DNA of 28,540 nt from a virus. Its lineage: Duplodnaviria > Caudoviricetes. Below, piece by piece: positions 1 through 8,984 of this stretch. The position numbers and the translations under genes are program-made. The stretch is taken from the IMG/VR virus record IMGVR_UViG_3300020044_005708, positions 1-28,540 of that record; one strand, written 5' to 3'. How positions within the stretch are numbered: the stretch's first letter is position 1; the number at the start of each line of letters is the position of its first letter. Below the pieces are notes generated by a model that saw only the letters and a program-made list of their open reading frames with translations, was not told where the DNA came from and made no database searches.

Positions 1-121
1 ATTGCCACCTACAAAAACAAGGTAAAACAACTTAAAAATGGACTTTAATAGTGATTTTAGATTTGATTTACAAATTGGACTTGAATACGAAACACGTTTA
101 TTTGAGTTATTAGGTAAAAAA
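1..121. repeat. 121-bp direct terminal repeat (left copy), most likely the assembly overlap of a circular or circularly permuted genome
   Basis: 1-121 (attgccacctac...ttaggtaaaaaa) is identical to 28420-28540. The NinG ORF end and the start of the 38..397 ORF run continuously across the junction. Confidence 0.95.
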
Positions 122-397
122 ATTGAAGTGAAAAGAGATTTCCAATGCTTAAAAACTGGAAATGTATTTATTGAATATGTTTCGAGGGGTAAAAAGTCAG
201 GAATTGCGACAACCGAAGCCGATTATTATTGCTATTGGTTAAGTGAATTTCATTTAATATTGATTGAAACAAGTAAATTAAAACAGATTTGCAGAAAGTA
301 TTTAAACACGAATAGAGATGTCGTCGGAGGTGATTCGAATACAAGTAAAGGCATTCTGTTACCATTGAATGAATTCATTAAAACAGATGTATATTAA
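38..397 (+). CDS. Conserved phage protein, probable PD-(D/E)XK restriction-endonuclease-like fold
   Basis: KIEVKRD followed by TGNVFIEY..RGKKSGIATTEAD resembles a widespread phage nuclease-like family. Its start overlaps the end of ninG across the circular junction. Confidence 0.55.
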   Translation: MDFNSDFRFDLQIGLEYETRLFELLGKKIEVKRDFQCLKTGNVFIEYVSRGKKSGIATTEADYYCYWLSEFHLILIETSKLKQICRKYLNTNRDVVGGDSNTSKGILLPLNEFIKTDVY

Positions 398-405
398 AAA
401 AATTG

Positions 406-413
406 TATATTTG
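406..413 (+). promoter_or_regulatory. Bacteroidota host-type promoter -7 box (TAnnTTTG) ahead of the sigma-like operon
   Basis: TATATTTG in the intergenic gap after ORF 38..397. No TTTG -33 box is visible at the usual spacing. Confidence 0.55.
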
Positions 414-426
414 ACCCGTGTATAGA

Positions 427-546
427 ATGTACAGAACACTTTTTATTCTTAATATGCGACGTTTTCGAATGTGTCGCCACGTTCCGAGTGACTTCCAACG
501 TGAATTTAAACACGATTCTTTTGTTTTATTAAACCCTGAAGAATGA
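427..546 (+). CDS. Small hypothetical protein (39 aa, not in the ORF track)
   Basis: MYRTLFILNMRRFRMCRHVPSDFQREFKHDSFVLLNPEE. It fills the gap after the -7 box, and its TGA overlaps the next ATG (ATGA at 543-546). Confidence 0.45.
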   Translation: MYRTLFILNMRRFRMCRHVPSDFQREFKHDSFVLLNPEE

Positions 547-800
547 CAATCCTTTTTTTAATAGCATTCGCGTGGTGGTGGTGCGAATTTGAACCTATCC
601 AGTACGCAATTGATTCGTTTTTTGCTAAGTTTCAACCTAACTTTTACTTAAATTGGATTCACGGGGGACTTAGTTGTATTAAATGCGTTGCGTTTTGGGG
701 TGCTTTTGCGTACACGTGCGACGTTTTCTATGCTTGTTTGGTATCTTTACTTACCTACATATTAAATCTATGCTTACAACGGCTGAAATTGAATTTATAG
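543..800 (+). CDS. Small membrane protein with a CxxC motif
   Basis: Hydrophobic N-terminus (ILFLIAFAWWW), LSCIKCVAFW, and a hydrophobic C-terminal segment. Confidence 0.7.
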   Translation: MTILFLIAFAWWWCEFEPIQYAIDSFFAKFQPNFYLNWIHGGLSCIKCVAFWGAFAYTCDVFYACLVSLLTYILNLCLQRLKLNL

Positions 801-973
801 AATACGTCAAAAGTTTATCTGAAGACTTACGCTTTTCAAAAAAGATTGCCGTGACGTTCCGCGACATCCGTAACCGGGTGATGAATGAAAAAAACACGAA
901 TTGTATGTGCGGAATGGTTTACCGAAAAATATACGTTAAGGATTTCCTTATTTGGTATGAAACTTATTCTTGA
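770..973 (+). CDS. Hypothetical protein (67 aa) with a CxC motif
   Basis: Start reassigned from 683 to ATG 770 (MLTTAEIEF...), giving short overlaps with both neighbours. Contains NCMCG. Confidence 0.65.
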   Translation: MLTTAEIEFIEYVKSLSEDLRFSKKIAVTFRDIRNRVMNEKNTNCMCGMVYRKIYVKDFLIWYETYS

Positions 974-1490
974 CAAGTGGCTACAATGTAATTACGCTGA
1001 AGCAAAAAAATACGCTTCTTATTTCATTTCACGCACCAAAATACCCTTGAACGTTAATGTAGTTTTGTCAAATGCTTATTTAAGGTACTGCAAAATTGAA
1101 CCACCAACACAAACCGAACACGAATGCAAAGCGTTTTTCTTTCACGTTATTAAAACCGAAATTGCCTGGCGTGACACCGATTCCCGAATGGAGTTAATTA
1201 CGGCGGTTGAAGATGAAAAACATTTAACAGACGAAAAAAACACGGAACTTGAGGACAAAATAAACGTTGAACTTAGACTAATCAACCAAAACAAGGCGGT
1301 TGAACTATACCGGGTGCAATGTGACGACAGAGTAAAGCTAATTTTCTTCGAAACATATTACGATAAGGGTTACAATACAACACGGGCAATTGCCAACCAT
1401 TTCGACATTTCTGTTTTTGCAGCACACGCAATGATTAGGGAAATGAAAGACGACATTCAGGACATTTACAACGATTTAAAACACGAATAA
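957..1490 (+). CDS. Putative phage-encoded ECF-type sigma factor / late transcription activator
   Basis: Start reassigned to ATG 957 (177 aa). Region-2-like helices (NYAEAKKYASYF...VNVVLSNAYLRY...KAFFFHVIKTEI), an acidic linker, and a region-4-like HTH (LIFFETYYDKGYNTTRAIANHFDISVFAAHAMIREMK). It lies immediately upstream of the packaging and structural genes. Confidence 0.65.
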   Translation: MKLILDKWLQCNYAEAKKYASYFISRTKIPLNVNVVLSNAYLRYCKIEPPTQTEHECKAFFFHVIKTEIAWRDTDSRMELITAVEDEKHLTDEKNTELEDKINVELRLINQNKAVELYRVQCDDRVKLIFFETYYDKGYNTTRAIANHFDISVFAAHAMIREMKDDIQDIYNDLKHE

Positions 1491-1509
1491 AAAACAACTA
1501 TTTTAAAGT
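1480..1509 (+). promoter_or_regulatory. Putative phage late promoter, copy 1
   Basis: AACAC-gaataaaaaacaa(13 nt)-CTATTTT-aaagt-ATG(1510). Confidence 0.75.
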
Positions 1510-1668
1510 ATGAACAATTTACTTGGATTAATAGTATTCTTGAGTTCAATTGCACTTGCAATGTGCCTATGGAATGACTCAGGTTACACGAACAAGGTAG
1601 CTGGTGTACTAATTTTTTCGTACATTAGTTTTTTAGTTAACAACGAAATGAATAAAAATGAAAATTAA
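1510..1668 (+). CDS. Small two-TM membrane protein (52 aa, not in the ORF track)
   Basis: MNNLLGLIVFLSSIALAMCLWNDSGYTNKVAGVLIFSYISFLVNNEMNKNEN. It starts directly after promoter copy 1 and overlaps the start of 1658. Confidence 0.7.
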   Translation: MNNLLGLIVFLSSIALAMCLWNDSGYTNKVAGVLIFSYISFLVNNEMNKNEN

Positions 1669-1948
1669 AGCGGAATATTTAGGCAAGACCTTAACGAAGT
1701 CAGATAGCGTACTTGGAAAAGTAGTTTTGAAAGTTGACGAAAGTTGTATTCAAAGACGGGCGCAACTAATTCAAATGGGGTTTGACTATATTTTTGAAAA
1801 GGAAAAGACGCGACCAGTTGAAGAACCAATTGAAAGCATTGAAGCAAAACTTGACGAACTTGAAGAAGGACTTGAAGACTTGAACGAGACACTTGACGAA
1901 TTGACATCGCAAATTGCGACAACAAAAAGACGAAGAAAAAAGAAGTGA
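1658..1948 (+). CDS. Hypothetical protein with an acidic coiled coil and basic tail
   Basis: Heptad pattern LDELEEGLEDLNETLDELT followed by KRRRKKK. Coupled to its neighbours by overlaps. Confidence 0.7.
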   Translation: MKIKAEYLGKTLTKSDSVLGKVVLKVDESCIQRRAQLIQMGFDYIFEKEKTRPVEEPIESIEAKLDELEEGLEDLNETLDELTSQIATTKRRRKKK

Positions 1949-2151
1949 GGTACTTCATTATTGACATAGGGCGTAAAATGGTTAAACCTTGCCAAGTTCT
2001 TCAGGAATGGTGTAAGGAAAACGGACACCACCAATTAGTATACTTAACAGACGAAGACTATTACTTGTCAATGGAAGAAACAACCGAAGATGAGTTCTTG
2101 AATCACTTCTCAAAAAACAATATAAACACGAACACAAATGGCGAAGCATAA
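1945..2151 (+). CDS. Hypothetical protein
   Basis: GTG start in a GTGA overlap with the upstream stop. Its end overlaps the terS start. Confidence 0.6.
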   Translation: MRYFIIDIGRKMVKPCQVLQEWCKENGHHQLVYLTDEDYYLSMEETTEDEFLNHFSKNNINTNTNGEA

Positions 2152-2554
2152 ATACATAGAAACACCTGAAAAACTATACCAACTATTCGAAGAGTATAAA
2201 AAGAACTTAAAGCCAAGAGAGATTCAAAAAGCAACCGCAACGGGAGTTAAATCCGAATGGCACACACCACCGCTTACAATGGAAGGCTTCGAAATATTTG
2301 GACATACTAAAGGGGTGACGCTTGAGCATTATTTCAGAAATGAAAATGGAAGTTACGACGCATATTGCACTATCTGCTCTATTATAAGGAAAGAGATTCG
2401 CAACGACCAAATCGAAGGCGGTATGGTTGGTCAGTTCAACCCGTCAATTACTCAACGTCTAAATGGATTAACTGAAAAAACGGATGTCACCACTAACGGC
2501 AAAGAGTTAAACGAAATCAAAGTGAACATCATTCGCCCGGATGGAACTAAATAG
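2138..2554 (+). CDS. terS: Terminase small subunit (P22 gp3 / GP3_package-like)
   Basis: KYIETPEKLYQLFEEY...PLTMEGF...QIEGGMVGQFNPSITQRLNGL. Directly upstream of terL. Confidence 0.85.
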   Translation: MAKHKYIETPEKLYQLFEEYKKNLKPREIQKATATGVKSEWHTPPLTMEGFEIFGHTKGVTLEHYFRNENGSYDAYCTICSIIRKEIRNDQIEGGMVGQFNPSITQRLNGLTEKTDVTTNGKELNEIKVNIIRPDGTK

Positions 2555-3692
2555 TACGGTCATCTTTGAAAAGAACTGGAACGCACTTCAAGAACAAGGG
2601 GTGCGTTTTATTGTTAATCAAGGTGGGTCGCGTAGTTCAAAGACATATTCGATTTGTCAGCTTATAATTATTTACTGCCTTCAGAACCCCAACAAGGTTG
2701 TGTCAATTATTCGTAAGACGTTCCCAGCGTTACGCGCTTCGGTTATGCGTGACTTCTTTGAAATAATGAAAGACTTGGACATCTACGAAAAGACGAACCA
2801 TAATATGTCTGAGAACATCTACAAATTTAGCAACGGGTCAATTGTCGAGTTTTTCTCGGTAGACGACGAGCAAAAGATTCGAGGTCGTAAGCGTGACATT
2901 GCTTGGTGTAATGAAGCCAACGAACTATGGTTTGAAGACTTCCAGCAATTGAATATGCGAACCGAAGACAAGTTAATCTTTGACTACAATCCGAGTGACT
3001 CAAGCGGTTGGTTGTATGAACTACCGAAAGACGAATCAGTCTTAATCAAATCAACCTACAAAGACAATCCGTTTTTACCTGAAAGCATACGCCGACAGAT
3101 TGAAGACTTGAAACGAACAGACGAAGCACTATACCAAATCTATGCGTTGGGTGAAAGGGCAATTGCAAAGGTGAACATTTACAACAACTGGACATTCGTG
3201 AAGCGAAGACCTGAACGATTCGTTAACTATGTAATGGGTCTTGACTTCGGTTACAACCACCCGACGGCGTTGGTGAAGGTGTACTATTGCGAGAACGACA
3301 TTTACATTGAACCGGTCATCTATGAAAGTTACCTAACCATAACAGACCTAATTGACAAGTTCAAGACGCTGGACATACACAAGAACGACGACATACTTGC
3401 CGACTATTCAAGACCCGAAATGATATACGAACTTCAGTTAGCGGGTTACAACGTGAACAACGCAAACAAACAAGTCAACAAGGGTATACTAAACGTAAAG
3501 ACTTTTAAGGTGTATTGCGAAGACAACCACTATCTGAAGAAGGAATACGAAAACTACAAATGGAAGAAGAAGGGTGACGACATAGGTGACGAACCTATTA
3601 AGATGTTTGACGATGCAATGGATGCGGTTAGGTATGCGGTCACGTTCATTAAAGAAATGTACTATACCGACGATGCGTATATCAGCTTCTAA
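2541..3692 (+). CDS. terL: Terminase large subunit (PBSX/SPP1-type)
   Basis: Walker A-like QGGSRSSKTYS, IIRKT, Walker B region WCNEANE, DYNP, STYKDNPFL, nuclease motif GLDFGYNHPTA and DDAMDAVRY. Confidence 0.95.
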   Translation: MELNSTVIFEKNWNALQEQGVRFIVNQGGSRSSKTYSICQLIIIYCLQNPNKVVSIIRKTFPALRASVMRDFFEIMKDLDIYEKTNHNMSENIYKFSNGSIVEFFSVDDEQKIRGRKRDIAWCNEANELWFEDFQQLNMRTEDKLIFDYNPSDSSGWLYELPKDESVLIKSTYKDNPFLPESIRRQIEDLKRTDEALYQIYALGERAIAKVNIYNNWTFVKRRPERFVNYVMGLDFGYNHPTALVKVYYCENDIYIEPVIYESYLTITDLIDKFKTLDIHKNDDILADYSRPEMIYELQLAGYNVNNANKQVNKGILNVKTFKVYCEDNHYLKKEYENYKWKKKGDDIGDEPIKMFDDAMDAVRYAVTFIKEMYYTDDAYISF

Positions 3693-3722
3693 AACACGAA
3701 TTAAAAACTACTATTCTAAGTT
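3693..3722 (+). promoter_or_regulatory. Putative phage late promoter, copy 2
   Basis: AACAC-gaattaaaaacta(13 nt)-CTATTCT-aagtt-ATG(3723). Confidence 0.8.
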
Positions 3723-5165
3723 ATGGCAATAACAATTATAACAGACCCCCAACTTCACACCCCAGCATATAACCGGGTGTATTGCGAGGTTGACTCGACG
3801 AATAAAACAAAACCAAGTTTTCGCTACGTGTTTGACGTTTACGAAAGTGGCACGGCGAATAAAATAGCCGAGTATAGAGTGCTACCAAGAAACGTTGACT
3901 TTTACGGTGAAATTGACTTGTCACGGTTGTTGTCAACTCAAGTAACGTTTAGTCTTGACCCAACAATAACGTCTTGGTGGAATCCGACTGAGTCCTATTA
4001 CAAGTACGATATTAAGTACGGCGAAGAATTTGTTGACGTTGTTGGTTACACTACTAACTTAACAACTGGTATTTTGGTTGGTGGTTCTGCGGTGGTTCGA
4101 ATTATAATAGGCACACACACTTTTGTGACGGGTGACCAAATCAATATATTACAAGACGATGGCGGTGTGGCGAATCCATTACTTGAAGGTTTGCATACGG
4201 TTGTGTCAATCGGTGCAACTTACATCGATGTTAATGTTTTCTTTTCTTCAATTACAGACGTAACTATTGAAGGCGACATAACCTATGCGGACAACAGAAA
4301 AACGATTTACCGCAACTTGGCAAGTACACTTAACCACTATGTGTTTAATGGTGCGCAGTCATTTAAAGATTTTAGAAACTACGATTACAACAATTACACG
4401 TTGACAAATGCGGGTGACTTATTCTTAACTACACAACCGGTTAAAGCATTTTATTGTACACCATTTCAAGACATTTGGGTGAACATACTAAACAACGGAC
4501 AAGACAAGTTTTATATGTACTTCGAAAATTCGTTAGGTGACGTTTACCGAAAAGCAATTAACACAACTAATATTTATAGTCAAGTCGCGGTTGGTCCTAA
4601 TAACTTCGGAACTTTGACTTTGTTTTCAGGCACTGGAACTGGATTGCTTCAAGCGGGTGTCACTTGGTATCGTTACTGGTTCGGTGACAATATAACGGGC
4701 GCACCTTATTCAGAATATTACCGCATTGATTTAGACTTTCGATGCACTATTGAGAATTACGAAATACTATTTCTTGACAGAATGGGGTCTTTCAGTTCGT
4801 TTGCTTTTCAGCTGAGGGCATACGAAAAAGGAACTACTAAACGCGAGACTTACAACAAGTACATACCGGGTGACACTTCAAGCGGAACGTTTACTTACGA
4901 TTCTTATTCACGGGGTCAAAGTGTAATTAACCCAACGGTTGAAAAGACACTTGACTTAAATACGAACTGGATAACCGAAGAAATGAGCGTGTACTTTGAA
5001 GAACTTGTGACCAGTCCCGAAGTGTACTTGAAAGACACCGACGGTCTTTACTATGCGGTATTGATTACGGACACGGCTTTTGAAATTAACCGCAGTCGAA
5101 ACAAGAACTTGTTTAAGAAGACGATTGTAATTAAGTACGCAAACGAAAACATAATCAATGGTTAG
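3723..5165 (+). CDS. Virion tail protein (distal-tail / baseplate-like)
   Basis: Beta-rich 480-aa protein. The C-terminus (FLDRMGSFSSFAF...LNTNWITEE...FEELVTSPEVY) resembles tail proteins of Bacteroidota siphoviruses. It precedes the large tail-tip gene. Confidence 0.6.
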   Translation: MAITIITDPQLHTPAYNRVYCEVDSTNKTKPSFRYVFDVYESGTANKIAEYRVLPRNVDFYGEIDLSRLLSTQVTFSLDPTITSWWNPTESYYKYDIKYGEEFVDVVGYTTNLTTGILVGGSAVVRIIIGTHTFVTGDQINILQDDGGVANPLLEGLHTVVSIGATYIDVNVFFSSITDVTIEGDITYADNRKTIYRNLASTLNHYVFNGAQSFKDFRNYDYNNYTLTNAGDLFLTTQPVKAFYCTPFQDIWVNILNNGQDKFYMYFENSLGDVYRKAINTTNIYSQVAVGPNNFGTLTLFSGTGTGLLQAGVTWYRYWFGDNITGAPYSEYYRIDLDFRCTIENYEILFLDRMGSFSSFAFQLRAYEKGTTKRETYNKYIPGDTSSGTFTYDSYSRGQSVINPTVEKTLDLNTNWITEEMSVYFEELVTSPEVYLKDTDGLYYAVLITDTAFEINRSRNKNLFKKTIVIKYANENIING

Positions 5166-7833
5166 AATACAACTTGAGACGGGTTACCTTGACGTAAAAG
5201 ACGGAACGAACTTACCCATTAACTTTGGTATTGGTGACATTCGTGATATCAGCAAAAAGACGGGAACGTTTAGTAAAACAATAACGCTCGACGGTACTAA
5301 AAACAATCACGAACTTTTAAACCACTATTACGATACGAATGTAATTGCCGGAACTTTCAACGTAAACACGTTAACAACTTGCACGTTATTACAGAACGGA
5401 ATACCAGTAATTGAAGACGCATACCTTCAACTCATAAACATAGTTAAGAAGCAAACAACGGATTCTCAAGAACAAGAAATAACTTACGAAGTACTAATTA
5501 AAGACGGCGCAAGTTCGTTCTTCACAACGCTTGGTTCAAAGGAACTTAGCAACTTGGATTTTTCAGACTTGGACCACGAATATAATTCAACGAATGTAAT
5601 TGCAAGTTGGTCGCATACGGTTGCGGATGGTTACAAATACCCCGTGTGTTATAACCCAAACAATGAATATTTATTGAATGAGTTTAGACCAGCAATATAT
5701 GCAAAGACGTACTTTGACAGAATCTTTGAAACGGCTGGTTTTACTTACCAATGGACTTCTTTAGCAGCGGACAAGTTTAATAAATTATTGATTCCGTACA
5801 ACGGTGACAACCCATTTATTGACAATGGTGAATATACGGTTGTAGCAACTTCTGCGGGAATGAGTACTTTCGAGTTTACTTATTTTGATTATCAATTTTC
5901 ACCTAACAATATTAATAGCGCACCCGTTAACGGACTTACTGAGGTTCAAGACAACGCTGGTATCTTTGACCCGTTGACGGCAACGTTGACAAATCAAATA
6001 CTACTTAACGCACCAGCGGCGTTAACGTTTAACATTGAACTGACATATACTACTTTTGTTCGCAATCCGAACGCGTTTACAATTTATTTACAAGATGGCG
6101 ACGTTGACACGCGTGTTGGCGCTGCGGTTTCTGTTAATGGTGGCGGTGCTGGTTTTTACGGAACGTATGACACACCGCTTGGTTTTTGGTTGCTTGAAGG
6201 AAATAGTTATGCACCAGGCACAACCAACGTGTTGGTTAACGATACGGTGAACATTCAATTAATGGTTACCAACTTGCAGATTGGTGACACGGTTCAATTG
6301 CTTCGTTCAATGGAAGTTGATGCGTTACAAAACAACGCTGAATTCAGAAACGCGGCTACTGGTGGAAACATAGCAACTGCTTATATTGGTTACACAATTA
6401 GTAACTACAAAGTAACGGTTAACTACACTTCAAATACAATTGGTTTCGGTGGTGACATATTTATGAACACTTACGTACCTAAAAAAATAAAACAAGCGGA
6501 CTTCATTAAGTCAATCTTCACAATGTACAATTTGTTTGTAAGTGTTGACATATCAAACTCACAAAAGTTAATTATTCAATCACGTGACGATTTTTATGAT
6601 AGCGGTGCGCGTAAAGATTGGAGTGAAAAGTTAGCAAAAGACCGTGACCAAAATCTTCAGTTTTTGGCTGAGACTTCGCAAAAACGAATGATATTAACAT
6701 ACAAACAAGACGCTGACGAACCAAATAAGATTTACAAGTTAGCAACCAATGAAGTGTACGGACAAGTCGAATACATTTTTGAAAACGAGTATATCAAAGG
6801 CGAAGACAAAAAAGAACTTGTCTTTAGTCCGACACCAATAACGCAATCAAGTTTTGGTGCAATTGTCCCTATGTTTGTAGGTAGTGCGCCAAAGACGAAC
6901 ATACGAATCCTTTACGATGGTCCTATGCTTGACTGCGGTGTGTTCAATATTTACGACGACATTTCAACGAACGTTGGTCAGTTTGGTTTAACTCAGTACC
7001 CAGCAATAACACACTTTGATAATCCAATAAGTCCAAGTTTTGATTTAAATTTTGCAACGTGTGACTTTTACTTTTACCCGCAATCAATACTAACAACAAA
7101 CAACCTTTACAATAATTATTGGCGAAGAACATTAAACCAAATAAACACGGGTAAAATGTTAACCGCTTATTTCTATTTGACCGAAAACGATATTCAGTCA
7201 ATTAAGATGAATGACAAAATCAGAATCTTTGATGACTGGTACAATATTAACAAGGTGATTGATTACAATGTTAACGTACCGATGTTAACAAAGGTTGAAT
7301 TGATTACGGTTGACGAAGACATTCAACTTGTCCCGTTTAAACCTTTAAAGCCTATTATTCCAGCGCCAAACACGGGCGGTGTAATAAACGTATTAAATGG
7401 TCACTTTTACGACAACAACAATGTTATATCAGCATTCTCAGATGTAACGGTAAAAGGAATAAACAACGTCGTAAGTGGCGGACATAAAGCCGTAATTGTA
7501 GGCGACAACAAGAACGTTGAAAGTTCAGGAATGTTTGTCGATAATATTGTGAATCCGTACCCGGTTGTTTACCCTATGTTTTTTTGGAACGATACGTGGA
7601 CAATTAACGACCAGCAAAGCGTATTGATTTATGAAGGCACAACAAACACAACTTGGACACTTCCAGCACTTGGAAACACGGGTCAGCAGTTTATAATTAA
7701 GAACGTCGGAACGGCAGCATTGACAATTGACGGAAATGGAACGCAAACAATAGACGGTGCATTGACCTTAAAACTTCTTCAATGGGATTCGGTTACTTTA
7801 GTAGACGGACAACTTCAATGGTATATTATTTAA
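5158..7833 (+). CDS. Large tail-tip / hub protein
   Basis: 891 aa. N-terminal IRDISKKTGTFSKTITL, internal DFIKSIFTMYNL and DWSEKL, and a C-terminal beta domain (TWTLPA...FIIKN...TIDG...WYII) typical of fibre-attachment modules. Confidence 0.65.
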   Translation: MVRIQLETGYLDVKDGTNLPINFGIGDIRDISKKTGTFSKTITLDGTKNNHELLNHYYDTNVIAGTFNVNTLTTCTLLQNGIPVIEDAYLQLINIVKKQTTDSQEQEITYEVLIKDGASSFFTTLGSKELSNLDFSDLDHEYNSTNVIASWSHTVADGYKYPVCYNPNNEYLLNEFRPAIYAKTYFDRIFETAGFTYQWTSLAADKFNKLLIPYNGDNPFIDNGEYTVVATSAGMSTFEFTYFDYQFSPNNINSAPVNGLTEVQDNAGIFDPLTATLTNQILLNAPAALTFNIELTYTTFVRNPNAFTIYLQDGDVDTRVGAAVSVNGGGAGFYGTYDTPLGFWLLEGNSYAPGTTNVLVNDTVNIQLMVTNLQIGDTVQLLRSMEVDALQNNAEFRNAATGGNIATAYIGYTISNYKVTVNYTSNTIGFGGDIFMNTYVPKKIKQADFIKSIFTMYNLFVSVDISNSQKLIIQSRDDFYDSGARKDWSEKLAKDRDQNLQFLAETSQKRMILTYKQDADEPNKIYKLATNEVYGQVEYIFENEYIKGEDKKELVFSPTPITQSSFGAIVPMFVGSAPKTNIRILYDGPMLDCGVFNIYDDISTNVGQFGLTQYPAITHFDNPISPSFDLNFATCDFYFYPQSILTTNNLYNNYWRRTLNQINTGKMLTAYFYLTENDIQSIKMNDKIRIFDDWYNINKVIDYNVNVPMLTKVELITVDEDIQLVPFKPLKPIIPAPNTGGVINVLNGHFYDNNNVISAFSDVTVKGINNVVSGGHKAVIVGDNKNVESSGMFVDNIVNPYPVVYPMFFWNDTWTINDQQSVLIYEGTTNTTWTLPALGNTGQQFIIKNVGTAALTIDGNGTQTIDGALTLKLLQWDSVTLVDGQLQWYII

Positions 7834-7836
7834 ATT

Positions 7837-8649
7837 ATGAGTTACTTAAATAGTTTTAAACAAGACACGCTTGTAAGCGGTACAAACATAAAGACGATAA
7901 ACGGAAGTTCAATACTTGGAAGTGGCAACTTAGTTGTAACGGGTTCGGGTGCGACTTGGGGTTCAATAACGGGAACGTTGTCAAGTCAAACCGATTTACA
8001 GACGGCATTAAATGCTAAACAAGACGACATAACTTTAACAACAACTGGAAGTTCAGGCGCAAGTACATTTATTACAAACACGCTTAACGTTCCTGAATAT
8101 ACACTTGCGGGGTTAGGTGGTGTGCCAACAACACGAACGCTAACGATAAACGGAAGCACTCAAGACTTGAGCGCAAATAGAACTTTCACAATTGCAGACC
8201 CCGAAGGATGGACAACAATTGTTAAGAGTGCAAACCAAGACGTAACGAATAGCGGTGCAACAGATGACACGGAATTACAATTTAGTGTGGTTGCTACTGG
8301 TACTTATATGGTCGATATTACATTAGCATATAGCGCCAATAATACAACTGGAGATTATGCGTTTTCATTTGGAATTACTGCTGGAACATTAACTGGTAGA
8401 GTTACTTACCAATCTATTACAACTGCAGGAGCAGCATTCAATGGGAGTAATGCAGCGGTAACAAGTTCATTTTTTTTAGGTGCAGCGAGTGCAGATTTAA
8501 CTGTAGTAGAAAATGCGAGAATACTTGTTACATTCAGAGCGAGTGCTAATGCAACATTTAAATTACAATTAGGTCAAGCAACACCGGCAGCTGGGAGAAC
8601 ATCAAGAAATTGGAAAGGTTCGATTTTAAAATATAAACGATTAGATTAA
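7837..8649 (+). CDS. Tail fibre / receptor-binding protein
   Basis: Fibre-type segments KQDTLVSGTNIKTINGSSILGSGNL, WGSITGTLSSQTDLQTALNAKQD and TRTLTING, followed by a Thr/Ala/Gly-rich beta C-terminal domain. Confidence 0.7.
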   Translation: MSYLNSFKQDTLVSGTNIKTINGSSILGSGNLVVTGSGATWGSITGTLSSQTDLQTALNAKQDDITLTTTGSSGASTFITNTLNVPEYTLAGLGGVPTTRTLTINGSTQDLSANRTFTIADPEGWTTIVKSANQDVTNSGATDDTELQFSVVATGTYMVDITLAYSANNTTGDYAFSFGITAGTLTGRVTYQSITTAGAAFNGSNAAVTSSFFLGAASADLTVVENARILVTFRASANATFKLQLGQATPAAGRTSRNWKGSILKYKRLD

Positions 8650-8954
8650 TGGGATTAATAGTAATGCCAAACACGGCACAAATAAAAGTACACGGGACAC
8701 CAATTGAATTGAATGAGGTGTACGTAAGAATCGAATACGTAGCACACGCAGACGGTTTAACAATAGATGTAAGTTTTAATACATATTACAACCGTAGTCA
8801 ATACGATATTGGTGAAGTAATATTGACCGATATGATTCACAATAGTTTTAGTATAGTAATTGACACAACCGAAACGCAAAGCATTGACACAGCTTTAACC
8901 TATGCAATAAGTAAGTTTGAAGAGTGGGGTTATTCCGCAACCTTGGAAGTTTAA
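8649..8954 (+). CDS. Hypothetical fibre-associated protein
   Basis: TAATG coupling to the fibre gene; small and acidic. Confidence 0.6.
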   Translation: MGLIVMPNTAQIKVHGTPIELNEVYVRIEYVAHADGLTIDVSFNTYYNRSQYDIGEVILTDMIHNSFSIVIDTTETQSIDTALTYAISKFEEWGYSATLEV

Positions 8955-8984
8955 AACACGAACTAATTTTAACTATTCTAAAGT
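8955..8984 (+). promoter_or_regulatory. Putative phage late promoter, copy 3
   Basis: AACAC-gaactaattttaa(13 nt)-CTATTCT-aaagt-ATG(8985). Confidence 0.8.

Noticed and set aside
1-121. Biological direct terminal repeat (T7-like)
   Set aside because: It falls inside coding sequence and its length is typical of an assembler k-mer overlap. The PBSX/SPP1-type terminase suggests circular permutation instead.
435-533. AACAC and TATTCT-like words near 435-449 and 509-533
   Set aside because: The spacing (4 nt) or the -10 sequence does not fit the invariant motif.
2116-2140. AAACACGAAC upstream of terS as another late promoter
   Set aside because: It has the upstream half only, with no CTATTCT at the 13-nt spacing.
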